DNA of 63,866 bases, the filler included, from Lama guanicoe (Eukaryota): the NCBI GenBank assembly GCA_013239625.1. It is 197 parts of 197 records of this genome, joined end to end, with 100 filler letters (N's around TTAATTAATTAA, not from the genome) between each part and the next. Parts side by side here need not be neighbours in the genome. Positions count along the whole stretch, not along the records: positions 22,697 to 22,921 come from PNXV01041947.1; positions 23,022 to 23,246 come from PNXV01041948.1; positions 23,347 to 23,571 come from PNXV01041949.1; positions 23,672 to 23,896 come from PNXV01041950.1; positions 23,997 to 24,221 come from PNXV01041951.1; positions 24,322 to 24,546 come from PNXV01041952.1; positions 24,647 to 24,871 come from PNXV01041953.1; positions 24,972 to 25,196 come from PNXV01041954.1; 189 more parts are not named here. One strand, given 5' to 3'. A model generated the notes under the pieces. That model was not told where the DNA came from. It saw only the letters and a list, made by a program, of their open reading frames with translations, and did no database searches. The position numbers and the translations under genes are program-made. Shown here piece by piece: positions 22,697-34,394 of this stretch (its first letter is position 1; every line of letters begins with the position of its first letter).

Positions 22697-22835
22697 TGAG
22701 ATATTTGCCATTTTTTCCTATTAAGTCTTCTAAACCCAGGGTGTGCCTTACATTTACATCATGTCTCGATTTGAACTAGCCCCATTTCAACAACATAATA
22801 GCTGCTTGTGTCTAGTGGACTGCATTGAACAGTGA
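22697..22835. mobile_element. MER33/MER3-like hAT-Charlie element
   Basis: tgagatatttgccatt...taagtcttctaaacccagggtgtg...atttgaactagccccatttcaa...tgtctagtgg. Confidence 0.7.
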
Positions 22836-23346
22836 TTTCTAAAGGCAGGGTCTGGTACCTCCTTACATTTAGTGAATGTTCAATAAACAGTTCATTTGTG
22901 TCTTTTTAGATTCCACTTGTANNNNNNNNNNNNNNNNNNNNNNNNNNNNNNNNNNNNNNNNNNNNTTAATTAATTAANNNNNNNNNNNNNNNNNNNNNNN
23001 NNNNNNNNNNNNNNNNNNNNNATCTGCAGGCTATGTTCTATCAATCTCTCTCTGTTTATCTCTATCTCTACCTCTACATCTATATCAACAATATTTATAA
23101 ATATGTACATAGATGGATATATATGTAAAGAATGGAGTGTGAAGTAATAATAGTGTGTCATACTAACTTGCAGAATCACAGAACATTTACTTCTCTATTC
23201 TGTTCCTCATGACCATCTCCAGTTTAGATCATGAGTTCTTATGGAGNNNNNNNNNNNNNNNNNNNNNNNNNNNNNNNNNNNNNNNNNNNNTTAATTAATT
23301 AANNNNNNNNNNNNNNNNNNNNNNNNNNNNNNNNNNNNNNNNNNNN

Positions 23347-23571
23347 TAATGTGATTTTGGTCTGTTGTGTTAATACAGTAAAACATTAATTGATTATGGG
23401 ATGTTCAGCCAACCAGTGATAAACCTCACTTGTTCATGGTGTATAATCCTTTTTGTATGTTGCTGGACTCAATTTACCAATGTTTTTAAGAACTGTTGCA
23501 TTGTAGTTCATAGAGCAATACATGTTGTATGTAACATTTGTATGTAACTTTCTTTCTTTGTGAAAAGAATT
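23347..23571 (-). mobile_element. Old L1 ORF2 fragment
   Basis: gataaacctcacttgttcatggtgtataatcctttttgtatgttgctggactcaatt. Confidence 0.75.
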
Positions 23572-23671
23572 NNNNNNNNNNNNNNNNNNNNNNNNNNNNN
23601 NNNNNNNNNNNNNNNTTAATTAATTAANNNNNNNNNNNNNNNNNNNNNNNNNNNNNNNNNNNNNNNNNNNN

Positions 23672-23855
23672 CCTCCTAGCTGCAAAATTTTATGCAAGTT
23701 ACTCAGGACCTCTAAGCTTCAATTTCTTTATCTTTAGAATAGATTAATACTAATCTTGCAGTTGTTTGTGAAGAACCAGTAAGATCATATATTTAAAGTA
23801 CTGAGCCTTGTGTTGAGCTCATCACAGACGATACTCAAAAATGCTTTCTCTTATT
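23672..23855 (+). mobile_element. MIR SINE
   Basis: ctagctg...gcaagttactc..cctctaagcttcaatttctttatct...gttgtttgtgaag...taagatcatatatttaaagtactgagc. Confidence 0.7.
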
Positions 23856-23996
23856 TTTTATTATTAATTTTAATTAAAAGCTAGTTCAGCCTATTCNNNN
23901 NNNNNNNNNNNNNNNNNNNNNNNNNNNNNNNNNNNNNNNNTTAATTAATTAANNNNNNNNNNNNNNNNNNNNNNNNNNNNNNNNNNNNNNNNNNNN

Positions 23997-24546
23997 CGGG
24001 GCTGAGCACCGGCTCATCGTGCCCAACAGGAGAAGCTGGGAGTCAAGGGGCACAAAGGGCTACCAGCTGGGGTGACCCCGGCCCGCTGTGGTCCAACCCC
24101 CAGCACACTGATGCGCAGTGCACTGTCCTCTGAACCCCTGGTCTGGATCCCAGCCTGATACTGGTCTGAGCGGGAGCCACCCTGGGAAAGGAACACTGCC
24201 CCAGGCCCTCCTGCGCCGCTCNNNNNNNNNNNNNNNNNNNNNNNNNNNNNNNNNNNNNNNNNNNNTTAATTAATTAANNNNNNNNNNNNNNNNNNNNNNN
24301 NNNNNNNNNNNNNNNNNNNNNCGGGGCTGAGCACCGGCTCATCGTGCCCAACAGGAGAAGCTGGGAGTCACAGGGTACAAAGGGCTACCAGCTGGGGTGA
24401 CCCTGGCCCACCGTGGTCCACCCCCCAGCACACTGATGCGCAGTGCTCTGTCCTCTGAACCCCTGGTCTGGATCCCAGCCTGACACTGGTCTGAGCAGGA
24501 GCCACCCTGGGAAAGGAACACTGCCCCAGGCCCTCCTGCGCCGCTC
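23997..24546 (+). repeat. Bubble pair 5: 23997-24221 vs 24322-24546
   Basis: 10 substitutions in the central 127 bp; first and last 49 bp identical. Confidence 0.97.
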
Positions 24547-24646
24547 NNNNNNNNNNNNNNNNNNNNNNNNNNNNNNNNNNNNNNNNNNNNTTAATTAATT
24601 AANNNNNNNNNNNNNNNNNNNNNNNNNNNNNNNNNNNNNNNNNNNN

Positions 24647-24871
24647 GCGGAATCTCAGGGTGGCTTTTGGTCCCAGTGGGATATTGTAGGCACAAACTTT
24701 GCTAGCAGGACAAGGGGGCAGTATTAAGATCTCTCTATTGTATTTATAGATCTGACCAAAATGTGGGAAGCCGTCAGGGACGCTGAGGCTCTAGCCATGA
24801 TTAGTCTGTGTTCACCAGTGCCCATAACTTACTTCTTGATGGGGGTGTCAGAGTCCCCATTACCTGGGGCA
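24647..24871 (+). repeat. Bubble pair 4 partner of 21072-21296 (RTE-like relic, copy B)
   Basis: 5 substitutions; 49-bp identical ends; reads DLSIVFIDLTK. Confidence 0.95.
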
Positions 24872-25296
24872 NNNNNNNNNNNNNNNNNNNNNNNNNNNNN
24901 NNNNNNNNNNNNNNNTTAATTAATTAANNNNNNNNNNNNNNNNNNNNNNNNNNNNNNNNNNNNNNNNNNNNCTCGGGCCTCGCAGCCGCCGTTACAGCAG
25001 GACAGAAGCTTTACAAGTGACAGGAGGAAGGGAGCACCAGCAGCGTGGGCTCTGAGGTGGTGGGAGTGGCGGGTCGGCGTTGGCAGGGATTTGGAGCAAG
25101 GAACGTGATGAGGGGAGGGTCAGTTCCTCTGAGACGTGACAGCCGTTGTGTGAGCACGCGGTGCCAGGGCTCCAAGTCGGGGAGCCTGTGGGTCCGNNNN
25201 NNNNNNNNNNNNNNNNNNNNNNNNNNNNNNNNNNNNNNNNTTAATTAATTAANNNNNNNNNNNNNNNNNNNNNNNNNNNNNNNNNNNNNNNNNNNN

Positions 25297-25520
25297 CTTT
25301 TTCTTGCCTGAGTGCAGTGGCTAGGACTTCCAAGATTATGTTGAACAGAAATGGTGAGAGTGGACAACCTTTCCTTTTCCCAGATTTAAGTAGGAAGGTT
25401 TTCAGCATTTCACCATTGTATTTTATGCTGGCTATTGGTTTGCCATAAACAGCTTTTATTATGTTGAGATATGTTCCCTATAAGCCCACATTGGTGAGAA
25501 TTTTTATCATAAATTGGCAT
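25297..25520 (-). mobile_element. L1 ORF2 reverse-transcriptase fragment (contains a stop)
   Basis: Minus frame [71 protein letters not shown]. Confidence 0.95.
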
Positions 25521-25945
25521 NNNNNNNNNNNNNNNNNNNNNNNNNNNNNNNNNNNNNNNNNNNNTTAATTAATTAANNNNNNNNNNNNNNNNNNNNNNNN
25601 NNNNNNNNNNNNNNNNNNNNCCGTTTCCTGGACACTCCCGGGCATCACTGCCGCAGTAACACAGCCACCGGACACGAGTTGGGGCCACGCAAAGCCTCGC
25701 CTGCCACTTTACCTTTGTCGGTTTCACAGGTCGCCTCAGATACAGCTCTGAGCGAAATAGCCCTCCATGCGCGATACCAAAATTCTTGTCTGTACGTCCA
25801 CCATTCTAAAAGCTTTCACCATCAGACCTGGGGCTGTTCAAAGAGNNNNNNNNNNNNNNNNNNNNNNNNNNNNNNNNNNNNNNNNNNNNTTAATTAATTA
25901 ANNNNNNNNNNNNNNNNNNNNNNNNNNNNNNNNNNNNNNNNNNNN

Positions 25946-26094
25946 AGGAAGCTGGCCCTCGGGAGACACAGCATCTGCCTGCACCTTGATCTCTGACTTC
26001 CCAGCCTTCAGGACTGGGAGAAATAAATTTCTGTTATTTAGAAACCACCCAGTCTATGGTATTTTTGTTAACGCAGACTGAACAGCCTAAGACA
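25946..26094 (+). mobile_element. MaLR LTR (MLT1A/B-like) 3' end
   Basis: gcaccttgatctctgacttcccagccttcaggactgggagaaataaatttctg...agtctatggtatttttgtt...ctaagaca. Confidence 0.88.
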
Positions 26095-27245
26095 AGTATG
26101 TATATATTTGTACATTTAAAGTCACTTTTTCTCTACTTCTTTGCTCCTGTTTATCCACAGTTGCTCCTCCNNNNNNNNNNNNNNNNNNNNNNNNNNNNNN
26201 NNNNNNNNNNNNNNTTAATTAATTAANNNNNNNNNNNNNNNNNNNNNNNNNNNNNNNNNNNNNNNNNNNNGCTGGGGTAACTGCCACGTTTGGCTTGCTG
26301 AATTTAAAGTGCAGGCTGAACGGTGTGACCGGCACTGAACACGTGTTATCCGATCTAATGCTGCAAATATCCAACCAGGCAGTCAGAACTTTGTAAGAAA
26401 CAGACTTAGGTAAGAAGAGGAGTTTAACACAAGTAGAACAGATCGCAAAGTGGAATAAAATCAAGCACATCAGGGCACGTCCCAGGACCACGGAGNNNNN
26501 NNNNNNNNNNNNNNNNNNNNNNNNNNNNNNNNNNNNNNNTTAATTAATTAANNNNNNNNNNNNNNNNNNNNNNNNNNNNNNNNNNNNNNNNNNNNTCACA
26601 ATCCAAGAAGAGGACATAAGACATTTTTTAAAGGACGGAAGTAGGGTAAATACACCGTTTGTATTTCTTACATCGTGCTGAATTGGGGCGATAAACGTCA
26701 TTATCGGACAGACCACGTGGAGAGCATCTCATGGTGTACTGTGAGTGCAGAGTGTCTCCCCGAGAGCTCCGTCATGGCTTTGTAGCTTGCTTCTGCCTTA
26801 TGCATACTGTGTCTTAGTCTNNNNNNNNNNNNNNNNNNNNNNNNNNNNNNNNNNNNNNNNNNNNTTAATTAATTAANNNNNNNNNNNNNNNNNNNNNNNN
26901 NNNNNNNNNNNNNNNNNNNNGCTAAATATACTCGGTCAGTTTAGTAAGACACAGGTCTGTTACCTATCGCACCAAGACTACACAGGAAATGTCCTGCCTT
27001 CTCAGGTAGACATGTCTGCAGAGGCTGTCTGCTGCTCGTAACACAGGAAACAGTTCAGTTTACTGGTTCTATATGCATGTGCTATTTTAAAATGCGTTAT
27101 TTCCAGTATTTATTAAAATATCATGTGACTAAAATTGTGGGTGTANNNNNNNNNNNNNNNNNNNNNNNNNNNNNNNNNNNNNNNNNNNNTTAATTAATTA
27201 ANNNNNNNNNNNNNNNNNNNNNNNNNNNNNNNNNNNNNNNNNNNN

Positions 27246-27469
27246 TGATGAAACAACAGAAAAAGAAAGTAAAGAAACAATCCCCTTTAAAATACCACCA
27301 GAGGAATAAAATACTTAGGAATAAGTCTAACGAAGAGAGTTAAAGAATTATACACAGAAAACTATAAACCACTGTGGAAGGAAATTAAAGAAGACTTTAA
27401 AAAATGGAAAGATATCTCACGCTTTTGGATTGGAAGACTCAATATTGTTAAAATGGTCACACTGCCCAA
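27246..27469 (+). mobile_element. L1 ORF2 fragment
   Basis: aataaaatacttaggaataagtctaacg...aaatggaaagatatctcacgcttttggattggaagactcaatattgttaaaatgg. Confidence 0.93.
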
Positions 27470-27569
27470 NNNNNNNNNNNNNNNNNNNNNNNNNNNNNNN
27501 NNNNNNNNNNNNNTTAATTAATTAANNNNNNNNNNNNNNNNNNNNNNNNNNNNNNNNNNNNNNNNNNNN

Positions 27570-27794
27570 TTAAAACTTAAAACAAATTGACTCAAATTTA
27601 TGCATACACATTTAAAATGCAAACGATCAAATTATAGACATAAGCAGAAGATAACCTACTTGACCCTGGCTTTGGTGAAGTGGAGTACGAGCTTTGAGTT
27701 TTACCACACAACACAGAAAGCCAGTCCACAAAAGAAAAAGCAACATCAGGGACTTTATTACAGATTTCTGAAAAACCTTATTCAGAAAGCCAAA
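27570..27794 (+). mobile_element. Degraded old L1 ORF2
   Basis: aaattgactcaaatt...taaaatgcaaacgatc...ttgaccctggctttggtga...acaacacagaaagccagtccacaaaagaaaa. Confidence 0.55.
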
Positions 27795-27894
27795 NNNNNN
27801 NNNNNNNNNNNNNNNNNNNNNNNNNNNNNNNNNNNNNNTTAATTAATTAANNNNNNNNNNNNNNNNNNNNNNNNNNNNNNNNNNNNNNNNNNNN

Positions 27895-28119
27895 CCCAGT
27901 GGATATAATATAAGTTATGTTCACACGAACTATAGTCTACTAAGTGTGCAACAGCATTAGGCTTAAAGAAACAGTGTACATATCTCACTTAAAAATACTT
28001 TATTGCCAAAAAGTACTAGTCATCATCTGAGCCTTCAGTAAGTCATCATTTTTTTGCTGGTGGAGGGTTTTGCCTCTTTGTTGATGGCTGCTGACTGATC
28101 AGGGTGGTGGTTGCTGAAG
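27895..28119 (-). mobile_element. Tigger1 3' part
   Basis: aaaatactttattgccaaaaag...catctgagccttcag...tttttgctggtggagggttttgcc..gttgatggctgctgactgatcagggtggtggttgctgaag. Confidence 0.92.
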
Positions 28120-28544
28120 NNNNNNNNNNNNNNNNNNNNNNNNNNNNNNNNNNNNNNNNNNNNTTAATTAATTAANNNNNNNNNNNNNNNNNNNNNNNNN
28201 NNNNNNNNNNNNNNNNNNNTAGGGGAAATCTTGAAAGATTTTTGCTTGTGGCAATGAATTTTGAGAATTATATTGTAAGGTTTTGTTGGCAAAAACAGAA
28301 TATTTAATCAGACATAACAAGCATATATGGTGTTGGCATGGAATTGGACATGTACAGACGGTAAAGAGAACCTAGTGGCTTAAACCCGAATTCAAAGGGA
28401 GCTCTGGAGGAAATCTGTGCAGAACACAAAGTGAAATTGCTTTGNNNNNNNNNNNNNNNNNNNNNNNNNNNNNNNNNNNNNNNNNNNNTTAATTAATTAA
28501 NNNNNNNNNNNNNNNNNNNNNNNNNNNNNNNNNNNNNNNNNNNN

Positions 28545-28735
28545 TGCTAGGTGCCCTGATCAGCCTCAACACGAGCTACCTCATTGAAACCACATGACGA
28601 GTCTATGAGAGCAGTATTTTTATTATTCCCATTCTATAGATGGAAGAAAGTGATGTATGGAAGATGCAGTAACAGCCGGCAAACTGTAGATCTGAACAGG
28701 CAGTTTGACCGCATTGCCTTTGATTTTCACTATCG
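28545..28735 (-). mobile_element. MIR SINE
   Basis: acctcattgaaaccacatgac..ctatgag...tattattcccattctatagatggaagaaagtga. Confidence 0.7.
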
Positions 28736-29844
28736 CGTCACAGAGCTTCCTGGTTGAGTCTGAGGTTTTNNNNNNNNNNNNNNNNNNNNNNNNNNNNNNN
28801 NNNNNNNNNNNNNTTAATTAATTAANNNNNNNNNNNNNNNNNNNNNNNNNNNNNNNNNNNNNNNNNNNNCCAGTGGACAACTCGAATTTCTGGGTCTTGT
28901 GTTCCTTCTTATTTCCCATGGTGCTTTCAGGGAGGTGCCCTGGAACGTGTCTCAGCCGGAGATGGGGCCTCTTGTCCTGAGTGTGACTGTTGTCCCCCCA
29001 CTGCTGCTTCCTCCCAGTCCCCCCACCCCACACCTTCGGGAGGGTGGTCCCGGTCCCCGCTCCCCTGCGATGGTGCCTGGCTGCTGTGAGCCCTNNNNNN
29101 NNNNNNNNNNNNNNNNNNNNNNNNNNNNNNNNNNNNNNTTAATTAATTAANNNNNNNNNNNNNNNNNNNNNNNNNNNNNNNNNNNNNNNNNNNNTTTTTT
29201 TGGACACAATCAATACTTAAATCAGGTACTACTTTCTTCCGAGACATCTCTTAAGTCACTCCTTTGCGCTGTCTCTAACCCTACAACTTTTAGAACTTGA
29301 GTATGAATTTTATAAGTTCTCTTTCATTGGATCATTGGGCTAGTTTTTAAGTCCTTAGTCATTTTTGCTACCATTTTTGGTACAAAAATCTTCTTTCAAG
29401 TTAGGGTTTATGGCAGCTCNNNNNNNNNNNNNNNNNNNNNNNNNNNNNNNNNNNNNNNNNNNNTTAATTAATTAANNNNNNNNNNNNNNNNNNNNNNNNN
29501 NNNNNNNNNNNNNNNNNNNAACTGAATACGAAACAGTTAAAAGTGGAACAGATATGAACTCACGTCCACGTTGGTTTGACAGTTTAGGGTCAGCTTTTAC
29601 ATTGCTTACATGATGAACAGGAAATCATATTGGCCTTTTATTCCTAAGAAGGAAATGAATTTTATTTTAGATGCTGTCGTTACAGAAATTCAAGACACAA
29701 TTCCAGTCCTTTCTCCTTAAGGAAGCGCAACACACTCTCACCAANNNNNNNNNNNNNNNNNNNNNNNNNNNNNNNNNNNNNNNNNNNNTTAATTAATTAA
29801 NNNNNNNNNNNNNNNNNNNNNNNNNNNNNNNNNNNNNNNNNNNN

Positions 29845-30069
29845 CCGCCAGTGAGTGCAGGGCAGCGAGCAACCACTCTGGAGAACCTGGACAACGTCTA
29901 ACAAAGCAACGCACACGTCTACCCTCCAATCCGGCAAGCCCGCTCCCAGGAACTCGCCCTGAAGACACGCCTCCCACAGCCCAGAAGTGCACACGCACGA
30001 GGCCACCCGCCTCGGCATCACGCACAGCTGCAGGATGCTGGAAACCATCCAAGTACCCAAGGGACTAAA
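29845..30069 (+). mobile_element. Old L1 (L1MC-like) ORF2 3' region, GC-shifted
   Basis: caaccactctggagaacctggacaacgtctaacaaa...ccctccaatccggcaagcccgctcccaggaactcgccctgaagacacgcctcc...ctggaaaccatccaagtaccca. Confidence 0.6.
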
Positions 30070-30640
30070 NNNNNNNNNNNNNNNNNNNNNNNNNNNNNNN
30101 NNNNNNNNNNNNNTTAATTAATTAANNNNNNNNNNNNNNNNNNNNNNNNNNNNNNNNNNNNNNNNNNNNCGTCTCCCCCTTCTGTGGGGCAGCCTGAGAA
30201 GAGGCCCCCGTCTATCACGAAGTGCTTGGGTTTTGGAAGTTTTTCATGGGGCCGCCTTTACCCCCGTCTCTTCAAATGGGAAAGGCGTCTGTGGAGGTAC
30301 TGACCTGGGGTTTTGTCTGCTCCGCCACCTCTGCCCCGTGTGGCAGCTGGGGTGAGATGCGTTCGGAGTCCCACCGCGCTGCGACCGTACTTGANNNNNN
30401 NNNNNNNNNNNNNNNNNNNNNNNNNNNNNNNNNNNNNNTTAATTAATTAANNNNNNNNNNNNNNNNNNNNNNNNNNNNNNNNNNNNNNNNNNNNTATAGA
30501 GTTCTGTTTTATGACCCAGCATTTTTGGTCTATCTTGAAGAACGTTTCATATGCATTTGAAAATAATCTGACTTGTTTGACAAGGAATATTTTTTCTAGT
30601 ATTTGATTTGTATTTTCTTTGCTGTGTTTTGAGATACACA

Positions 30641-30719
30641 GTTACAGAGTCCAAACTCATTCTGCTCACCACACGACAGGCCAATAAATCGGGAGACGAG
30701 GTGCTGGGGCAAGGAATAA
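30641..30719 (-). mobile_element. ERV1-type LTR end, next to an old L1 remnant
   Basis: gttacagagtccaaactcattctgctcaccacacgacaggccaataaatcgggagacgaggtgctggggcaaggaata. Confidence 0.65.
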
Positions 30720-30859
30720 NNNNNNNNNNNNNNNNNNNNNNNNNNNNNNNNNNNNNNNNNNNNTTAATTAATTAANNNNNNNNNNNNNNNNNNNNNNNNN
30801 NNNNNNNNNNNNNNNNNNNCCCACAGAACGTGCGCATACCCGGACTTCACGCATTCGTT

Positions 30860-31044
30860 TACGTATTTTATACTTGAGAATATCAGTACCAGCTTTATTC
30901 CCAACAGTAAAGACTGGAAACAACTCCCTGTCGATCCCTCGGCGGTGGCATCCAGCAGTGATAGTCACAGCCAGCCACCCCCTCACGCAGCAGCATGGAC
31001 GCGTCTCACAGACACAACAGAAAGCACAGGAGACCAACCACAAC
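30860..31044 (+). mobile_element. Degraded L1ME-like 3' region
   Basis: tacttgagaatatcagtaccagctttattcccaacagtaaagactggaaacaactc...gcatggacgcgtctcacagacac. Confidence 0.5.
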
Positions 31045-31794
31045 NNNNNNNNNNNNNNNNNNNNNNNNNNNNNNNNNNNNNNNNNNNNTTAATTAATTAA
31101 NNNNNNNNNNNNNNNNNNNNNNNNNNNNNNNNNNNNNNNNNNNNAGCCTCAGGCTGTGGTGGGCTGGGCTCCAGAGAAACCACTGTGTGCTCCCGAGGAG
31201 GAGATAGTTTGGATCATGTGTGAGGCAGCCACGTCTGCAGGCCACTTGCCCCAGGACGGCGGAGCAGATGGACAGTGAGGGCCGAGGGCATGGACAATGT
31301 GGGCATCCTTGTGTGGACACTGGGATGGAGACAAAACTTTCAGACTCGTGAGGCCTGGAGGAACTGGAGNNNNNNNNNNNNNNNNNNNNNNNNNNNNNNN
31401 NNNNNNNNNNNNNTTAATTAATTAANNNNNNNNNNNNNNNNNNNNNNNNNNNNNNNNNNNNNNNNNNNNTAAAAGCCGTTGGGTAAACCTTTCTCCTCCC
31501 CGCCCAGTCACGCCCTCTCCCATCATTATCTCTGAATTAATTGCCGTAGTCATGGAGCACAAAGAGATGCAGTCACAGGGTTCAGGCTGAGTAAGGACAG
31601 AACCACTGCCGCAGCTGGTCTCCAGGTGGGGCTCGCTGTCCTGCGTCTGCAAAATACCAGGTCAGCACTCAGGCCCTCAGAAAAGCGTAACTGANNNNNN
31701 NNNNNNNNNNNNNNNNNNNNNNNNNNNNNNNNNNNNNNTTAATTAATTAANNNNNNNNNNNNNNNNNNNNNNNNNNNNNNNNNNNNNNNNNNNN

Positions 31795-32019
31795 ACTGAA
31801 AGAGGTGATGGAAAAAGGTATATTCCACGCAAATGGAAATCAAAAGAAAGCTGGAGTAGCAATACCTACATCAGACAAAACAGACTTTAAAATGCTGTTC
31901 CAAAAGACAAAGGACACTACATAATGATCAAGGGATCAATCCAAGAAGATAGAACAATTGTAAATAAATATGCACCTAACACAGGACACCTCAATATATA
32001 AGACAAATATTAACAAACA
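31795..32019 (+). mobile_element. L1 ORF2 endonuclease-domain fragment (frameshifted)
   Basis: FHANGNQKKAGVAIPTSDKTDFK and GHYIMIKGSIQEDRTIVNKYAPNTG. Confidence 0.93.
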
Positions 32020-32570
32020 NNNNNNNNNNNNNNNNNNNNNNNNNNNNNNNNNNNNNNNNNNNNTTAATTAATTAANNNNNNNNNNNNNNNNNNNNNNNNN
32101 NNNNNNNNNNNNNNNNNNNGGGAGAGAAAGAAACTGTGAAGTCTGCCTTGAGTTAATGGGCAAGTGGCTTGTGCTCCTGTGAATTCTTTCTCCCTCTAGG
32201 ATCTGACACATTTGTAAATATCAAGGAAAAAAAAAAGTTGATGTTGTGTCTGTGAGACCGGGAGCTGGCTCTCCTGTGGAGAGGGCCCAGGAGGCTGCCT
32301 TTAGGCAGGTATCACAGTCATCAGATTTCAGGGGTTTGTGCTTANNNNNNNNNNNNNNNNNNNNNNNNNNNNNNNNNNNNNNNNNNNNTTAATTAATTAA
32401 NNNNNNNNNNNNNNNNNNNNNNNNNNNNNNNNNNNNNNNNNNNNGCTTGGTGGGTTCTTAAGAAAACTTGGAGTGGCTATATTTTTCAGGAAGCGCAGGG
32501 TCATTCTGCAGAGTCAAATGTGCCACTGGGAGAAACTGCTGCCCAAACAGCGCTTGCAAGCATGGGTTAA

Positions 32571-32669
32571 GCAGACGGTTCTCAGACCTCACTGTACATG
32601 GGTCCCACCTGGGGAGCTTGTTAAGGTGCAAGTTCCTGGGTCCATGAGGCTCTGATTCAGTAGCCTGTG
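32571..32669. mobile_element. MER5A-like hAT-Charlie
   Basis: ggttctcagacctc..tacatgggtcccacctggggagcttgttaaggtgcaagttcctggg...tctgattcagtag. Confidence 0.75.
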
Positions 32670-33419
32670 NNNNNNNNNNNNNNNNNNNNNNNNNNNNNNN
32701 NNNNNNNNNNNNNTTAATTAATTAANNNNNNNNNNNNNNNNNNNNNNNNNNNNNNNNNNNNNNNNNNNNGAAACATAGAAGAGAGGATCTCAGCAGGGAC
32801 GCTTATGGAGGAGGGCACACTGAGGAGCAGAAGGTGCAGTAGTCACTGGAGAGAAGGAGTGAGATTCAATACTCAGGTTACCTGGGGTAAGATGGTAGTC
32901 AGTGGTGATACATGAAGTCCTTAAATCACTGTTTTCTGAATAAGCGTTCTATCCATCTTAATTCCACTGGGTATTCTGAGGAAGCATGTTCTAANNNNNN
33001 NNNNNNNNNNNNNNNNNNNNNNNNNNNNNNNNNNNNNNTTAATTAATTAANNNNNNNNNNNNNNNNNNNNNNNNNNNNNNNNNNNNNNNNNNNNCATGGT
33101 CCACCAGTCTCACTGTGGCCTGTCCGGGTGCAAGTGCCTTTGCGTCCTGCCTGGGGCTCATCGGGACTCCTGAATTTGTGTCCTGGGTTCTTCCATGTGC
33201 TGGAAAACTGCCATTCACGATCCACAAGGGCTTCCGACCCCTCGGCTCCACATACATGTCTCCGCCTTCGCCCACCCCAGCCTTCTGTCCTCCCACGATT
33301 CACTTCAGGGTCTTCTGCTNNNNNNNNNNNNNNNNNNNNNNNNNNNNNNNNNNNNNNNNNNNNTTAATTAATTAANNNNNNNNNNNNNNNNNNNNNNNNN
33401 NNNNNNNNNNNNNNNNNNN

Positions 33420-33490
33420 AAGAGCTCAGGATCTGTATTTTTTAACAATAATTCAGGATGATTTTAGCCTACTGAAGTATAAACACCACT
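33420..33490. mobile_element. MER5A-like end
   Basis: gctcaggatctgtattttttaacaa..ttcaggatgattt...aagtataaacaccact. Confidence 0.55.
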
Positions 33491-33744
33491 CAACTGCATC
33501 AGTAAATTTATTTTTGTTGACTATATACTATATCCTTAAATCCATTCCTGCTTGTTTTCAAACAAAGAATTATCTCCTTGTTAAATCTTGCCTTGTCATC
33601 CCTCATTACAGATCCTACACACCCATTTACAGTGAAATTCTAAANNNNNNNNNNNNNNNNNNNNNNNNNNNNNNNNNNNNNNNNNNNNTTAATTAATTAA
33701 NNNNNNNNNNNNNNNNNNNNNNNNNNNNNNNNNNNNNNNNNNNN

Positions 33745-33900
33745 AGGCCCTCAAGGTCTATCTCATTGATCATTCTTTCAGGGGATTTCTCTTCTGCTGT
33801 TGATTGAGAATGGTTTCTCTGTTCCTTCATCTTGCTCCTACCTCTCTGGCACGGTGTTTTTTGGAGTATCAGTTATCTACTGTGGTCCTAAAATAGTTTA
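33745..33900 (-). mobile_element. L1 ORF1 N-terminal region (ATG at 33830)
   Basis: Minus frame MKEQRNHSQSTAEEKSPERMINEIDLEG resembles artiodactyl L1 ORF1 starts. Confidence 0.6.
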
Positions 33901-34069
33901 TCAAACTATTGCCTGTGTATTATTACAACTTATAAAAGAGAAAAAGAGAGATATAAAGAATTTTTAAGANNNNNNNNNNNNNNNNNNNNNNNNNNNNNNN
34001 NNNNNNNNNNNNNTTAATTAATTAANNNNNNNNNNNNNNNNNNNNNNNNNNNNNNNNNNNNNNNNNNNN

Positions 34070-34294
34070 ACTGACACTCAGAGACAGGGTCTTGGAACTT
34101 AGAAGAAAAGAGACAGCTGAATTACTTTGCCAGGCAAAGAGGACTCACAGCAGGTTAGTTCCTTCAAAACTGTGAACCCCCCTTGGTGGTTGGGTAGGGG
34201 GATTATATAGCCATAGCTGAAACAATAAATAATCAACAGATTTACAAGACTTAGAATGGCATCCAATTCTATAGAAGCTAGTGGTTGTCAGTTT
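34070..34294 (-). mobile_element. ERV LTR fragment
   Basis: ctcagagacagggtcttgg...aattactttgccaggcaaagaggactcacagcaggttagttccttcaaaactgtg. Confidence 0.65.
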
Positions 34295-34394
34295 NNNNNN
34301 NNNNNNNNNNNNNNNNNNNNNNNNNNNNNNNNNNNNNNTTAATTAATTAANNNNNNNNNNNNNNNNNNNNNNNNNNNNNNNNNNNNNNNNNNNN

